A stretch of 64,000 nucleotides of DNA from an uncultured Bacteroides sp. (GCA_948847595.1 CAQOGY010000014.1:6064-70063); one strand, 5' to 3'; positions 18,039-29,148 are shown, counted from the first letter of the stretch. Notes: generated by a model from the sequence alone, not told the origin. Translations and numbers: made by a program.

Positions 18039-19019
18039 ATGCAAGATACAAGATACATACTTCTTGTGCTTCTGTCCTCGCTGCTGATGCTGACCGGATG
18101 TAGCCGTCGCGAACTATTGGATGATTATCCCGTAAGCGGGGTAGATATAAAGTTAGATTGGAACGGTGTTACCGATAAGTTGCCGGAAGGGGTTCGGGTG
18201 ATTTTTTATCCGAAGAGTGCGGAAGGCAGAAAGATTGATACATACCTTTCAGTAAGAGGTGGAAAAGTAAAGGTGCCGCCGGGGCGTTACTCGGTAGTGG
18301 CTTACAACTACGACACTGAAACGGTACAGATCAGAGGAGAGGAAGCCTATGAGACGATTGAAGCATTTACAGGCTATTGCAATGGTCTGGGAATAGCGGG
18401 AACGGAAAAAATGGTATGGGGACCTGATCCCTTATACGTAGTGCAGATCGATGATTTACATATAGCGAACAATGAAGAAGAGCTTCTACTGGATTGGAAA
18501 CCGAAATTAGTGGTAAAGACCTATTCTTTCAAGATCAAGGTGGAAGGGCTGGAATATGTTTCTTCAATCGTTGGCAGTGTGGAAGGTATGGCGGGTTGTT
18601 ACTGTTTGGGCAGATGTTGCGGGATGATGAACGATGCTCCTATCTACTTTGAAGCGCAAGGACGTTCGGGCGAAGTAACGGGTAGTTTTACAGCTTTTGG
18701 GTTACCGGAAGGGGCGATAAGCCGGGCAGGTGACAAGATAAAGCTGACACTGGCTTTTATTAAAGTAGATAAAACCGTGCAGAAAGCGGAGATTGATATA
18801 ACGGAGGTGGTTACTGATGCGGAAAAAGGAGGCGGAAGTGGAAGTGGCGGAGATGATGACGGTGATGTTGTTGAGCCTCCAACAGAGATAGAGTTGCCAC
18901 TTGACGATCAAGTTGAGGTTGAAAAGCCGACTACTAATCCGGATGGCGGAGGGGGTGGTATTGGTGGCGAAGTTGGTGATTGGGGAGAAGAGGAGGAAGT
19001 GCCTTTGCCCGTAATTTGA
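18039..19019 (+). CDS. DUF5119 / FimB-Mfa2-like pilus anchor lipoprotein
   Basis: Lipobox LTGC, PEGVRVIFYP, VPPGRYSVVAYN, C-terminal GGGIGGEVGDW motif. Confidence 0.82.
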   Translation: MQDTRYILLVLLSSLLMLTGCSRRELLDDYPVSGVDIKLDWNGVTDKLPEGVRVIFYPKSAEGRKIDTYLSVRGGKVKVPPGRYSVVAYNYDTETVQIRGEEAYETIEAFTGYCNGLGIAGTEKMVWGPDPLYVVQIDDLHIANNEEELLLDWKPKLVVKTYSFKIKVEGLEYVSSIVGSVEGMAGCYCLGRCCGMMNDAPIYFEAQGRSGEVTGSFTAFGLPEGAISRAGDKIKLTLAFIKVDKTVQKAEIDITEVVTDAEKGGGSGSGGDDDGDVVEPPTEIELPLDDQVEVEKPTTNPDGGGGGIGGEVGDWGEEEEVPLPVI

Positions 19020-19071
19020 GATTAGACATAAACAAGATATAACAATATTATAAACTTAAAAAAATACGATT

Positions 19072-20025
19072 ATGAAAAAGGTATTATTGGCGATTGCAGC
19101 AGTTGCAACAATTACAAGCTGCTCACAGAATGAAGAATTTGAGAATCTAGGACAAAAAGAGGAAATAAACTTTACTCCGGTAGTTGGAAAAGCTACGAGA
19201 GTTACCCCTCTTGTAACGGACGCTTTTGAGACTTTCACAATTTATGGCTATAATGTGGGTACAACGGATTTTAATGGTACAGGTAATCTCTCAACTGCAA
19301 TATTTGGACCGGAAACATATTCAAAATCCGCAGCTACTTGGACAGGAAACACTTTCTATTGGCCTGCAAATGTGGCAGAGAAACTTTGTTTCTTTGCGTA
19401 TTCTCCTGCTTCTATAAAAGAATATCAAGCTACAACAGGTTATCCTTCATTTAAATATGAGGTTAAGGCGGTTGAATCACAAGAAGATTTGGTTGTAGCT
19501 AGTAATCTGAATAAAGCAAGAGGGACTGATGTATCTTTGGCTTTTAACCATGCATTAATACAGTTGAATTTTTCGGCAGGACTGACAACTGGCTTTACTT
19601 ATGCTATTACAAATATTTCAATTAGTGGAGTTAATAACTCAGGCACATTTACTTATAGTAACAGCATCGGTGACTGGACAGCTCAAGATGGCACTGCTTC
19701 TTATGCTTATGCAGGTGATTTTAATGGAACAATAACTGATAATGTATTAAAACTTTCAACAGGTAGTAATGCTTTAATGTTAATGCCACAAACAGTTCCT
19801 GCTGGTGCTGAAATCTCGATTACATATACAGCGACAGCTAATTCCACTAACCAAGTGACTTTTAATGGAACTAAGAAAGTTGCAATTGGTGGTGTTGAAT
19901 GGAAGAAAGGCAGTAATATTTGTTATAAGTTGATATTACCAACAGGTGCAGAGGCTATAACTTATAGTACTGTAGTTAATCCTTGGGGTGAGGAAGATTC
20001 TCAAGATAAAACAACTCAACCATAA
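19072..20025 (+). CDS. Fimbrillin family (Mfa-like) type V pilin
   Basis: ITSCSQNEE lipobox, KATR processing site, FYWP..LCFFAYSP, QEDLVVA, LAFNHAL, LMLMPQ, VNPW. Confidence 0.9.
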   Translation: MKKVLLAIAAVATITSCSQNEEFENLGQKEEINFTPVVGKATRVTPLVTDAFETFTIYGYNVGTTDFNGTGNLSTAIFGPETYSKSAATWTGNTFYWPANVAEKLCFFAYSPASIKEYQATTGYPSFKYEVKAVESQEDLVVASNLNKARGTDVSLAFNHALIQLNFSAGLTTGFTYAITNISISGVNNSGTFTYSNSIGDWTAQDGTASYAYAGDFNGTITDNVLKLSTGSNALMLMPQTVPAGAEISITYTATANSTNQVTFNGTKKVAIGGVEWKKGSNICYKLILPTGAEAITYSTVVNPWGEEDSQDKTTQP

Positions 20026-20060
20026 TTTTTTTGTAAATGGTGAAAATGTGATATTTCTAT

Positions 20061-20093
20061 GAATCCTAGTTTTTAAACAAAAAACTAGGATTC
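20061..20093 (+). terminator. Intrinsic terminator after pilin gene
   Basis: GAATCCTAGTTTTT-aaaca-AAAAACTAGGATTC, 14-bp perfect stem. Confidence 0.75.
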
Positions 20094-20323
20094 TCTATCT
20101 TAAGATATATGTATTATACGTAATTCAAGATTTATATTATTTCCTCAGTATTTATATCTTATTGTTTTATTAATTTTGAAAGTTTTTCATCTTGATAAAT
20201 AAGCTTTAAATATTCTTTTCGAATCATCTCTTTTGCACTTTTCTCCTCCTTTTCTATTGCCATGTAAAAGATTTCATATATTTTTGTTGCCAACAGGAAC
20301 AAATCAAACACCAACACAAATAT

Positions 20324-21166
20324 ATGTCATCTATCTGTCAAGGTACTTGGGATTGTCAGAACTGCCCGAAAGCCGTAGACAATGCTATTGCTCACATTAT
20401 TCATCCAAGAGGCTATCACCAACCAGCCCGGAAATGTGAGGAAAACTTCATCCTTTTTTTGATAAGAGGTGAGGTATTGGTTAATAGTCAAGAATATGCA
20501 GGTACGATGCTGAGAGCAGGTGAATTTATTCTTCAGGCTATCGGTTCAAAATTTGAGATGCTTGCCATGACTGAGTGCGAATGTATTTATTATCGTTTCA
20601 TTCAGCCGGAACTATTCTGTGACTTCCGTTTCAATCATATTATGAAGGAGGTGTCTTCACCATTAATCTATTCACCATTAAAGATAATCCCTGAATTGAA
20701 ATATTTTTTGGATGGCTCTAAATCCTATTTGAGTGAAAGTAAAGTTTGTCGGGACTTGCTGTCGTTAAAGCGCAAGGAACTGGCATTTGTATTGGGGTAC
20801 TATTATTCAGACTATGATTTGGCAAGCTTGGTACATCCACTCTCTAAATACACTTCCACTTTCCAGTACTTCATCCTTCAAAACTATAAGAAAGTAAAAA
20901 CAGTGGAAGAACTTGCCCAACTTGGCGGCTATACTGTCAGTACCCTGCGGCGTATCTTCAATAATGTATTCCACGAACCGGTATACGAATGGATGCAGGC
21001 GCGACGTAAGGAAGGTATTTTGGACGAGTTGCTTAATACAAACAACAGTATCTCTGAAATATGCTATAAATATGGCTTTGAATCTCTGCCACACTTCTCC
21101 AATTTCTGTAAGAAATTCTTTGGTGCTTCTCCACGCATGCTAAGAACAAACAAAAAGGCCATCTGA
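20324..21166 (+). CDS. AraC family transcriptional regulator with Cys-rich N-terminus
   Basis: C-terminal VEELAQLGG..SISEICYKYGFESLPHFSNFCKKFFGASP; TATTTTTG box at 20279-20286. Confidence 0.92.
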   Translation: MSSICQGTWDCQNCPKAVDNAIAHIIHPRGYHQPARKCEENFILFLIRGEVLVNSQEYAGTMLRAGEFILQAIGSKFEMLAMTECECIYYRFIQPELFCDFRFNHIMKEVSSPLIYSPLKIIPELKYFLDGSKSYLSESKVCRDLLSLKRKELAFVLGYYYSDYDLASLVHPLSKYTSTFQYFILQNYKKVKTVEELAQLGGYTVSTLRRIFNNVFHEPVYEWMQARRKEGILDELLNTNNSISEICYKYGFESLPHFSNFCKKFFGASPRMLRTNKKAI

Positions 21167-21399
21167 TAATTTTTCAGAGAGAACGTCAAATAATCTTTTT
21201 TTCTTTGTGAGCATAGTGCATTTGTTGTATATTGCTGCTGTTTCCCTTAAAATCAGTCTAATACATCTTTATTATAGAGTCGGATCACTTCAAATAAAGC
21301 CATGACAAGGCGGATACGGAAATTAAACTTTTTATTTCAGTAAATTTAAATCTATTATGGCACGTACAATACTAGGATATAAATCATAAATACTATGTA

Positions 21400-22926
21400 A
21401 TGAGAACAAAACGAGCTTTTAAGGAATTTTGTGTATTGGGTGGTTTGGCATCTTCCGTTTGCGGGGTGGCTCAGGAACGCCCGAATATTATTGTCTTCCT
21501 TGTAGATGACATGGGACTTATGGATACGTCGGTTCCTTTTATCGCAGATGAGAGTGGTCAGCCGGTGCGTCATCCGCTGAATGACTGGTATCATACTCCG
21601 AATATGGAGAGACTGGCTAAACAGGGTATTTGTTTTTCTACTTTTTACGCACAGAGCGTGAGTTCCCCTTCCAGAGCTTCCATCATGACCGGACAGAATG
21701 CGACCAGGCATGGAGTCACTAACTGGATTAATGCTGAGAGCAACAATCGGAATCCTTTCGGACCGCCCCAATGGAACTGGAAAGGTCTCAGAAAAGATAT
21801 GCCTACCATGCCGAGAGTCCTGCAACAAGCCGGATATAAAACTATTCATGTAGGAAAGGCACATTTCGGCTGTATGGGAAGCGAAGGAGAGAATCCGCTG
21901 AATATCGGCTTTGATGTAAATATCGCAGGTTCCGGCATTGGACATCCCGGCAGCTATTATGGCGAATGGGGATACGGGCATATCAAGGGACAGAAGATTA
22001 GAGCAGTTCCTGACCTGGAGAAATATCACGGTACAGATACCTTCCTGAGTGAAGCGCTGACTATAGAAGCGAATCGGGAGATCACCAAAGCCGTAGAAGA
22101 AAAACGACCTTTCTATCTGAATATGGCCCATTACGCAGTTCATTCACCTTTCCAGGCAGACAAACGTTTCTTGTCACGCTACACCGACCCGGATAAGAAC
22201 GAGCAGGCAAGAGCTTTTGCTACATTGATAGAAGGCATGGATAAATCATTAGGCGACATCATGGACCAACTCGAAAAGCTGGGAATTGCTGAGAATACGC
22301 TGATTCTCTTTTTAGGAGATAACGGTGGTGATGCTCCATTGGGAGATGAACGTGGCTATGGTTCTTCCGCTCCGCTGAGAGGTAAAAAGGGGACGGAGTT
22401 TGAAGGTGGTATGCGTGTTCCTTTCATCGCAGCTTGGGCAAAGCCTGAGAAGAAGAGCAAAGTACAGAAGAACTTGCCTATTGAAGTAGGAAGTATGCAG
22501 ACACAGTTGGGTACAATCATGGATATCTATCCGACGGTTCTGTCTGTGGCAGGATGTGAAGTTCCCCAAAACTACGTGATAGACGGGTTCGATCTGAAAA
22601 AGCAACTGAGCGGTAAGGTGGACAAGAAGCGTCCCGAGTCTTTCCTGATGCACTTCCCTCATGCACACCGCGGCAGCTACTTCACCACCTATCGCATGGG
22701 CGACTGGAAACTGATTTATTATTATCTTCCCGAGACTCCGAAGCAACCCAAAGCTTTGCTTTACAATCTGAAAGATGATCCGGAAGAAAGAAATGAACTT
22801 TCCTCCGCACATCCGGATAAATGCAGGGAGATGATTCAGGAAATGTCTGCTCAATTAGAGAAGGAAGGAGCTCTTTATCCGGTGGATAAACAAGGAAATG
22901 AGTTGAAACCTTTTGTTTACTTTTGA
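21400..22926 (+). CDS. S1 family Ser-type sulfatase
   Basis: PNIIVFLVDDMG, SSPSRASIMTG, GKAHFG, GDNGG, EGGMRVP. Confidence 0.95.
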   Translation: MRTKRAFKEFCVLGGLASSVCGVAQERPNIIVFLVDDMGLMDTSVPFIADESGQPVRHPLNDWYHTPNMERLAKQGICFSTFYAQSVSSPSRASIMTGQNATRHGVTNWINAESNNRNPFGPPQWNWKGLRKDMPTMPRVLQQAGYKTIHVGKAHFGCMGSEGENPLNIGFDVNIAGSGIGHPGSYYGEWGYGHIKGQKIRAVPDLEKYHGTDTFLSEALTIEANREITKAVEEKRPFYLNMAHYAVHSPFQADKRFLSRYTDPDKNEQARAFATLIEGMDKSLGDIMDQLEKLGIAENTLILFLGDNGGDAPLGDERGYGSSAPLRGKKGTEFEGGMRVPFIAAWAKPEKKSKVQKNLPIEVGSMQTQLGTIMDIYPTVLSVAGCEVPQNYVIDGFDLKKQLSGKVDKKRPESFLMHFPHAHRGSYFTTYRMGDWKLIYYYLPETPKQPKALLYNLKDDPEERNELSSAHPDKCREMIQEMSAQLEKEGALYPVDKQGNELKPFVYF

Positions 22927-22991
22927 TAAATGTCGATTTAGGTCGGAATGAATAATAACAGTTAATCCATTAGTAATTGGTCAGTAAAAAG

Positions 22992-23025
22992 AAATCCCCC
23001 GCCAGCTAACGCCGACGGGGGATTT
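22992..23025 (-). terminator. Intrinsic terminator of frdCAB (possibly bidirectional)
   Basis: Minus strand AAATCCCCCGTCGGC-gtta-GCTGGCGGGGGATTT followed by CTTTTT. Confidence 0.85.
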
Positions 23026-23052
23026 ATGCTATTAATCAAATCAAGCTCACGC

Positions 23053-23808
23053 TTAGTCTTTCAGTTTAGCGATGATGAAGTCGCGGTTCAGGCGGGCGAT
23101 GTTGCTGATAGAGATGTTCTTCGGACATTCAGCCTCGCAAGCGCGGGTGTTGGTACAGTTACCGAATCCGAGTTCGTCCATCTTGGACAACATAGCTTTC
23201 GCACGGCGCAGAGCTTCCGGTTTACCTTGCGGAAGCAAGTTCAACTGGCTGACCTTTGCCGAAACGAACAACATGGCAGAACCATTCTTACAAGCAGCTA
23301 CACAAGCACCGCAACCGATACAAGAAGCGGCATCCATAGCTTCGTCAGCAATGGGCTTCGGGATCAGGATAGCGTTGGCATCCTGCGGAGCACCTGTACG
23401 AACGCTTACGTAACCACCGGCCTGCATGATCTTGTCATAAGCAGTACGGTCTACCATCAAGTCCTTGATGACAGGGAAACCGGCCGAACGCCAAGGCTCA
23501 ACAGTGATGGTGTCACCATCGTTGAAACGACGCATGTAAATCTGGCAAGTAGTAGCACCTGTTGCAGGACCGTGCGGATGTCCGTTGATGTAAAGAGAAC
23601 ACATACCGCAGATACCTTCGCGGCAGTCGTGGTCGAATACAACCGGTTCTTTTCTTTCGCTGATCAGCTGTTCGTTCAGAATATCCAGCATTTCGAGGAA
23701 GGAAGTATCACCGGGGATATCTTTCATTTGGTAGGTTTCAAAAGCGCCTTTAGCCTTCGGGCCTGCTTGACGCCATACCTTCAGTGTAAATGATATATTT
23801 TTATCCAT
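23053..23808 (-). CDS. frdB: Fumarate reductase/succinate dehydrogenase iron-sulfur subunit
   Basis: [20 protein letters not shown] and [12 protein letters not shown]e-S motifs. Confidence 0.97.
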   Translation of the reverse strand: MDKNISFTLKVWRQAGPKAKGAFETYQMKDIPGDTSFLEMLDILNEQLISERKEPVVFDHDCREGICGMCSLYINGHPHGPATGATTCQIYMRRFNDGDTITVEPWRSAGFPVIKDLMVDRTAYDKIMQAGGYVSVRTGAPQDANAILIPKPIADEAMDAASCIGCGACVAACKNGSAMLFVSAKVSQLNLLPQGKPEALRRAKAMLSKMDELGFGNCTNTRACEAECPKNISISNIARLNRDFIIAKLKD

Positions 23809-23844
23809 TTTCGTCTAATTCTTTTAAATGTTTAACTTCACCGA

Positions 23845-25824
23845 TTAGCTCTTGTAGTTACGGGTCTGAACCTTGATAGCTTCATAAACCAACGGTTCTT
23901 TGTACAATACCGGAGCCTTTTCATCGTCACCTTGATATTCCCAGCATGCTACGTAGAAGAAGTTTTCGTCATCACGTTTTGCTTCTCCTTCTTCAGTCTG
24001 GTATTCTTCACGGAAGTGACCACCACAACTTTCGTTACGGTTCAATGCGTCGTAAGCAACGAGCTCGCCCATAGTGATGAAGTCATACAGACGGATAGCC
24101 TTGTCGAGCTCAACGTTCATACCTTCCTTAGAACCGGGGATAAACAGATTGGTTTCGAATTCCTTGCGGACTGCTTTCAGTTCGGCGATACCTTTCTTCA
24201 GGCCTTCTGCCGTACGTCCCATACCTACGTATTCCCACATGATGTGACCCAGTTTCTTGTGGATAGAATCAACTGATTCTTTACCCTGGATGCTCATGAA
24301 TTTGTCGATCTTAGCTTGAACAGCCTTTTCTGCTTCGGCAAATTCGGGAAGATCGGTAGAGAAACGAGGAACAGTAATCTGATCTGCCAGATAGTTCTGG
24401 ATAGTGTAAGGCAATACGAAGTAACCGTCGGCCAGACCTTGCATCAATGCGGAAGCACCGAGGCGGTTTGCACCGTGGTCGGAGAAGTTACATTCACCGA
24501 TAGCGAACAGACCTTTGATAGTGGTTTGCAGTTCGTAGTCTACCCAGATACCACCCATTGTATAGTGGATAGCCGGATAAATCATCATCGGATTATAATA
24601 TTTCACACCACTGATTTCTTTTGCCAGTTCGCCCGGATTAACGTCAGTGATTTCTTCATACATATCGAAGAGGTTACCATAACGCTGAAGCACTACATCG
24701 ATGCCCAGACGGTTGATAGCTTCAGAGAAATCGAGGAATACGGCCAGACCTGTGTTGTTCACACCGAAACCTGCGTCGCAACGTTCTTTAGCTGCACGGC
24801 TGGCAACGTCACGCGGAACCAGGTTACCGAATGCCGGATAACGGCGTTCCAGGTAGTAGTCGCGGTCTTCTTCAGGAATATCGCTTCCCTTGATTTCGCC
24901 TTTCTGCAATTTGATAGCGTCTTCTTTCTTCTTCGGAACCCAGATACGACCGTCGTTACGCAGAGATTCGGACATCAGAGTCAGTTTGGACTGCTTGTCA
25001 CCGTGTACCGGGATACAAGTCGGGTGAATCTGAACGTATGCGGGGTTAGCGAATACAGCACCCTTGCGGTAGCAAGAGATAGCAGCTGTACAGTTACAAC
25101 CCATAGCGTTGGTAGACAGGAAGTAAGCGTTACCGTAACCACCGGTAGCGATTACTACGGCGTGAGCAGCGAAACGTTCCAGTTCGCCGGTGATTAAGTT
25201 CTTGGCGATGATACCGCGAGCACGTCCGTCGATGATCACAACGTCCTGCATTTCATAACGGGTGAACAGCTTCACCGTACCTACGTTTACCTGACGGCTT
25301 AGTGCGGAGTAAGCACCCAGCAACAGCTGCTGGCCGGTCTGGCCTTTAGCGTAGAATGTACGTGATACCTGTGCACCACCGAAAGAACGGTTGTCCAGTG
25401 TACCGCCGTATTCGCGTGCAAAAGGAACACCCTGGGCTACGCATTGGTCGATGATAGCGTTGGATACTTCGGCCAGACGGTAAACGTTGGCTTCACGTGC
25501 ACGATAGTCACCACCTTTTACTGTATCGTAAAACAGACGGTAAACGGAGTCACCATCATTCTGATAATTCTTTGCAGCATTGATACCACCCTGTGCAGCG
25601 ATAGAGTGTGCACGGCGCGGAGAGTCCTGAATACAGAAGTTGAATACTCTGAAACCCATTTCACCGAGGGATGCAGCAGCAGAAGCACCTGCCAGACCCG
25701 TACCCACAACGATGATATCCAAACGGCGTTTATTAGCGGGGTTCACCAATTTCTGGTGAGCTTTATAGTTGGTCCATTTCTCAGCCACCGGGCCTTCTGG
25801 AATTTTTGAATCTATCTTGATCAT
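23845..25824 (-). CDS. frdA: Fumarate reductase/succinate dehydrogenase flavoprotein subunit
   Basis: [19 protein letters not shown] (covalent FAD His), QIHPT, HYTMGG, HGANRLG. Confidence 0.97.
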   Translation of the reverse strand: MIKIDSKIPEGPVAEKWTNYKAHQKLVNPANKRRLDIIVVGTGLAGASAAASLGEMGFRVFNFCIQDSPRRAHSIAAQGGINAAKNYQNDGDSVYRLFYDTVKGGDYRAREANVYRLAEVSNAIIDQCVAQGVPFAREYGGTLDNRSFGGAQVSRTFYAKGQTGQQLLLGAYSALSRQVNVGTVKLFTRYEMQDVVIIDGRARGIIAKNLITGELERFAAHAVVIATGGYGNAYFLSTNAMGCNCTAAISCYRKGAVFANPAYVQIHPTCIPVHGDKQSKLTLMSESLRNDGRIWVPKKKEDAIKLQKGEIKGSDIPEEDRDYYLERRYPAFGNLVPRDVASRAAKERCDAGFGVNNTGLAVFLDFSEAINRLGIDVVLQRYGNLFDMYEEITDVNPGELAKEISGVKYYNPMMIYPAIHYTMGGIWVDYELQTTIKGLFAIGECNFSDHGANRLGASALMQGLADGYFVLPYTIQNYLADQITVPRFSTDLPEFAEAEKAVQAKIDKFMSIQGKESVDSIHKKLGHIMWEYVGMGRTAEGLKKGIAELKAVRKEFETNLFIPGSKEGMNVELDKAIRLYDFITMGELVAYDALNRNESCGGHFREEYQTEEGEAKRDDENFFYVACWEYQGDDEKAPVLYKEPLVYEAIKVQTRNYKS

Positions 25825-25861
25825 AATATTATTTACAATTTAATCATTTACAATTTACTAT

Positions 25862-26566
25862 TTAGCAAGCACCGCCACAAAGGAGTGATTTCACGAAGAA
25901 TACCACTACTACGAGTGCGAAACCGAGTACTACAATCGTAGAATAGATGTTAGAAATACATTTCCAACGATTGATCCATACCTTGTTGTTCCATCCCAGT
26001 GATTGCATGGAGCTCCAGAAACCGTGAGTCAGGTGGAACCACAAAGCAAACAGCCAAATGAGGTAGAGCACTACATAAACCGGACAAGAGAATGTCTGCT
26101 GGATGTGATATGCACCGTTTGCCGCATAAGCCAGCGTCAGTGTATCAGCGTGCATGTCCAGGTTGTGCATCAGTTCCGGCAACTGCATTTTTGCCCAGAA
26201 GTTGAAGAGGTGCAAACCGAGGCCTACGATAACGATAATGCCTAACACCAACATGTTTTGAGAAGCCCACTCTACAGTTTTCGGTTTGTCGACCACTGCA
26301 TAGCGTTCGCTACCGCGCGCTGTGCGATTCTGCATTGTCAGCCAGAACGCGTAGATGATGTGAATAATGAAAAGAGCAGCCAGTGCTGCGGTAGCTACCA
26401 GCGCATACCAGTTTGCTCCCAAAAACTCACAAATCATGTTGTAACCATCAGCCGAGATGATTGCAACTAAGTTCATCGCCATGTGAAATGTTAGAAACAG
26501 GACAAGGGCGATACCGGTAACGCTCATCACCACTTTCCTTCCTACAGATGAATTACTTAACCACAT
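25862..26566 (-). CDS. frdC: Fumarate reductase/succinate dehydrogenase cytochrome b subunit
   Basis: SSVGRKVVMSVTG, multiple TM helices with His ligands, HLTHGFWS. Confidence 0.95.
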   Translation of the reverse strand: MWLSNSSVGRKVVMSVTGIALVLFLTFHMAMNLVAIISADGYNMICEFLGANWYALVATAALAALFIIHIIYAFWLTMQNRTARGSERYAVVDKPKTVEWASQNMLVLGIIVIVGLGLHLFNFWAKMQLPELMHNLDMHADTLTLAYAANGAYHIQQTFSCPVYVVLYLIWLFALWFHLTHGFWSSMQSLGWNNKVWINRWKCISNIYSTIVVLGFALVVVVFFVKSLLCGGAC

Positions 26567-26635
26567 AAATGATTGAATTTAAATTATTTAATTGTTAGAA
26601 CTAAAATTTCGACGTTTTACACCTCTTACAGACTG

Positions 26636-26667
26636 CAAAAATAGGGGAAATAGATTGATTGACCAAA
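26636..26667 (-). promoter_or_regulatory. Bacteroides primary-sigma promoter of frdCAB
   Basis: Minus strand TTTG-N20-TATTTTTG, matching the TTTG/TAnnTTTG consensus. Confidence 0.75.
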
Positions 26668-26686
26668 GAATTAAAGAAATAATTCC

Positions 26687-27562
26687 TTAATCGGTGATCT
26701 TTCCGATTTTTTCGCCATTGGCCGCTTTCTTGCGCAAGGCGCGCGGGGTGTCTCCGAAGGAGTCTTTGCAGAAGTGTGCAAGGTGGGACAGCGAGTCGAA
26801 ACCATACCGGTTGCAAATCTCTGTAATCCGCATATTAGAGTGCTGTAGGTCTTCGAGGATGCCTTCCCGTTTTTTCTCCAGCATCCATTCGTAGACGGGC
26901 ACGCCGTATAAGTTTCGGAAGAGACGGCGGAAGGTGGTGGTGTTATAGCCTCCCAGATGTGCGAATTCTTCGACGTTCTTCGCTTTGCTGTAATTCTGCA
27001 TGACAAAGTATTGGAAACTTTCCGTATAGGTGCTGATCGGGTAGAAGAAAGCCCTCAACTGGGGCAGGGGATAGTAATTGGTGATCATATACACCATCTC
27101 CTGACATTTCAGGTCGATATATTTGCCGCAGGCGGGAGTCGACTCGTCAAGGTATGCGGCTACGTCGTTGATGAGATAGAACAGGCGCGGGTTCATCACC
27201 ATTGGGGTGTAGGTCAGCGGGCCTTCTGCCTGGTCGATGATTTCACGGTAGCGGTTTTCGCATAGCAACGGCAGTTCGTTGAACCAGAAAAGGATGTATG
27301 ATACGTCCGTCAGTGCCAGTATCTCGTATTTTGAGCCGATGGCTTGCAGGATAAACTGTTTTTCGTGTAGTGTCGTTCCGGGATGTTCGTCACTGTTGAT
27401 CAGCAATTCGCCCTCGATCATAAAGAGCATGCAGTTTTGCGTGCACTTATCCTTCGGAATATGCTGCCCTCTGAGCAGATTTCTGTGAATAAGAGTGCTT
27501 TCCATCGCTTTGGGGCATCCTGAGCAATCTGTATGTTGAGCACAAAGTGAGTCTTTTGACAT
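26687..27562 (-). CDS. AraC family transcriptional regulator with Cys-rich N-terminus (paralogue of 20324-21166)
   Basis: AraC HTH at C-terminus. Start moved to MSKDSLC (27562), which aligns with the paralogue; a TATCTTTG box at 27595-27602 lies within the ORF-track extension. Confidence 0.9.
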   Translation of the reverse strand: MSKDSLCAQHTDCSGCPKAMESTLIHRNLLRGQHIPKDKCTQNCMLFMIEGELLINSDEHPGTTLHEKQFILQAIGSKYEILALTDVSYILFWFNELPLLCENRYREIIDQAEGPLTYTPMVMNPRLFYLINDVAAYLDESTPACGKYIDLKCQEMVYMITNYYPLPQLRAFFYPISTYTESFQYFVMQNYSKAKNVEEFAHLGGYNTTTFRRLFRNLYGVPVYEWMLEKKREGILEDLQHSNMRITEICNRYGFDSLSHLAHFCKDSFGDTPRALRKKAANGEKIGKITD

Positions 27563-27716
27563 GGGTTTTATCCGTGAATCGTTGTCTACAGGGACAAAGA
27601 TAGTCGTTTTTTGTGAAAATAAAATTCTTTCTTCCATTATGTTTTAGCAGAAACGGGGATATGATTGTCTTTATTATGACAGGGTAGAATATTATCATCA
27701 AAAACACAATCATATT

Positions 27717-29132
27717 ATGAAGAGCAAAAACGTATTATTGGGTATGGCCGGTGTGGCTATGTTTTCTTCCGGAGCTATGGCCCAAAAGCCTGCGAATATC
27801 ATTCTGATCAATCTGGATGATTCGGGCAACGGAGATTTCTCGTGCCGTGGGGCGATCGGTTATCAGACTCCACATATCGACTGGATGGCTGCCAATGGGA
27901 TGTCGATGAATAACTTTTATGCCGTGCAGCCTATCAGCGGTGCTTCGCGGGCGGGGCTGATGACCGGCTGTTATCCGAACCGTATCGGCTTCGCCTATGC
28001 GCTCAATCCGGGTTCGCCATATGGCATCAGCGAACAGGAGGAGACGGTAGCGGAACTGCTTCGCGATAAGGGATATGCTACGGCTATCTTCGGCAAGTGG
28101 CATCTGGGAGATGAGAAGAAATTCCTTCCGCTCCAGCATGGTTTCGACGAATATTATGGATTGCCTTACTCGAACGATATGTGGCCTTTCCATCCTCAAT
28201 ATAAGTTTCCGGACCTTCCTCTGATCAAAGGGAATGACATTATCGGCTATAACACGGATCAGACGAAGTTGACGACCGATTATACCAATTATGCGGTTGA
28301 CTTCATCCACCGGAATGTGAATAAACCATTCTTCCTCTATCTGGCGCATTCCATGCCGCACGTTCCGCTGGCGGTGTCGGATAAGTTTAAGGGGAAAAGC
28401 GAACTGGGACTGTACGGAGACGTGATGATGGAACTGGACTGGAGCATAGGAGAAATCTTGCGGACCATCCGCGAGGAAGGAATAGAGGATAATACGCTGG
28501 TCATTCTCACGTCCGACAACGGGCCGTGGGCTAATTACGGAAATCATGCGGGCTCGTCCGGAGGATTGCGTGAAGCGAAGGCGAATACGTTCAACGGGGG
28601 TACGCGTGTACCTTGCTTCTTTTATTGGAAAGGGAAGATTCCGCCTGCCAGTGTCTGCAATCATGTGTATTCCAATATCGATATTCTGCCTACTTTAGTG
28701 GAGATTTCGGGAGCGAAGATGCCGAAATTGAAGATAGACGGAGTGAGCATGCTGCCTACGCTGACGGTAGACCCCACTATCGCGGCCCGCAAATATCTCT
28801 GTTTCTATTATCATAAGAACTCTTTGGAAGCGATTACGGACGGAAGATATAAATTGGTGTTCCCTCACAAATATGTGTCTTATGACGGGCAAGTGCCGGG
28901 GAACGACGGACTGCCCGGAGAACTGGGCGAAGGTGAGGTGAAGGAATGCGAACTGTACGACCTCCGTCGGGATATGGGCGAACGGGTGAACGTTATCAGT
29001 CAGCATCCGGAAGTGGTGAAGGACCTGACCAGAGAGGCGGAAGTATGGCGTGACGAGCTTGGCGACGACCTGACCGGACGTCAGGGAAAGGCGCGGAGAG
29101 AAGCGGGTAAGTCGGTTAAGGCAGCTAAATAA
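27717..29132 (+). CDS. S1 family arylsulfatase-like sulfatase (SxAxR motif)
   Basis: NIILINLDD, ISGASRAGLMTG, GKWHLG, PYSNDM, SDNGP. Confidence 0.95.
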   Translation: MKSKNVLLGMAGVAMFSSGAMAQKPANIILINLDDSGNGDFSCRGAIGYQTPHIDWMAANGMSMNNFYAVQPISGASRAGLMTGCYPNRIGFAYALNPGSPYGISEQEETVAELLRDKGYATAIFGKWHLGDEKKFLPLQHGFDEYYGLPYSNDMWPFHPQYKFPDLPLIKGNDIIGYNTDQTKLTTDYTNYAVDFIHRNVNKPFFLYLAHSMPHVPLAVSDKFKGKSELGLYGDVMMELDWSIGEILRTIREEGIEDNTLVILTSDNGPWANYGNHAGSSGGLREAKANTFNGGTRVPCFFYWKGKIPPASVCNHVYSNIDILPTLVEISGAKMPKLKIDGVSMLPTLTVDPTIAARKYLCFYYHKNSLEAITDGRYKLVFPHKYVSYDGQVPGNDGLPGELGEGEVKECELYDLRRDMGERVNVISQHPEVVKDLTREAEVWRDELGDDLTGRQGKARREAGKSVKAAK

Positions 29133-29148
29133 ATACAATTGGTGGGAT

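Noticed and set aside
24316..25197. Long antisense ORFs (also 21355-22143, 23026-23793, 27735-28664, 50205-51035, 57163-58125)
   Set aside because: Shadow frames opposite well-supported genes, with no recognisable motifs.
25830..25862. ATTTACAATTT repeats between frdC and frdA
   Set aside because: Short low-complexity AT-rich spacer with no supportable function.
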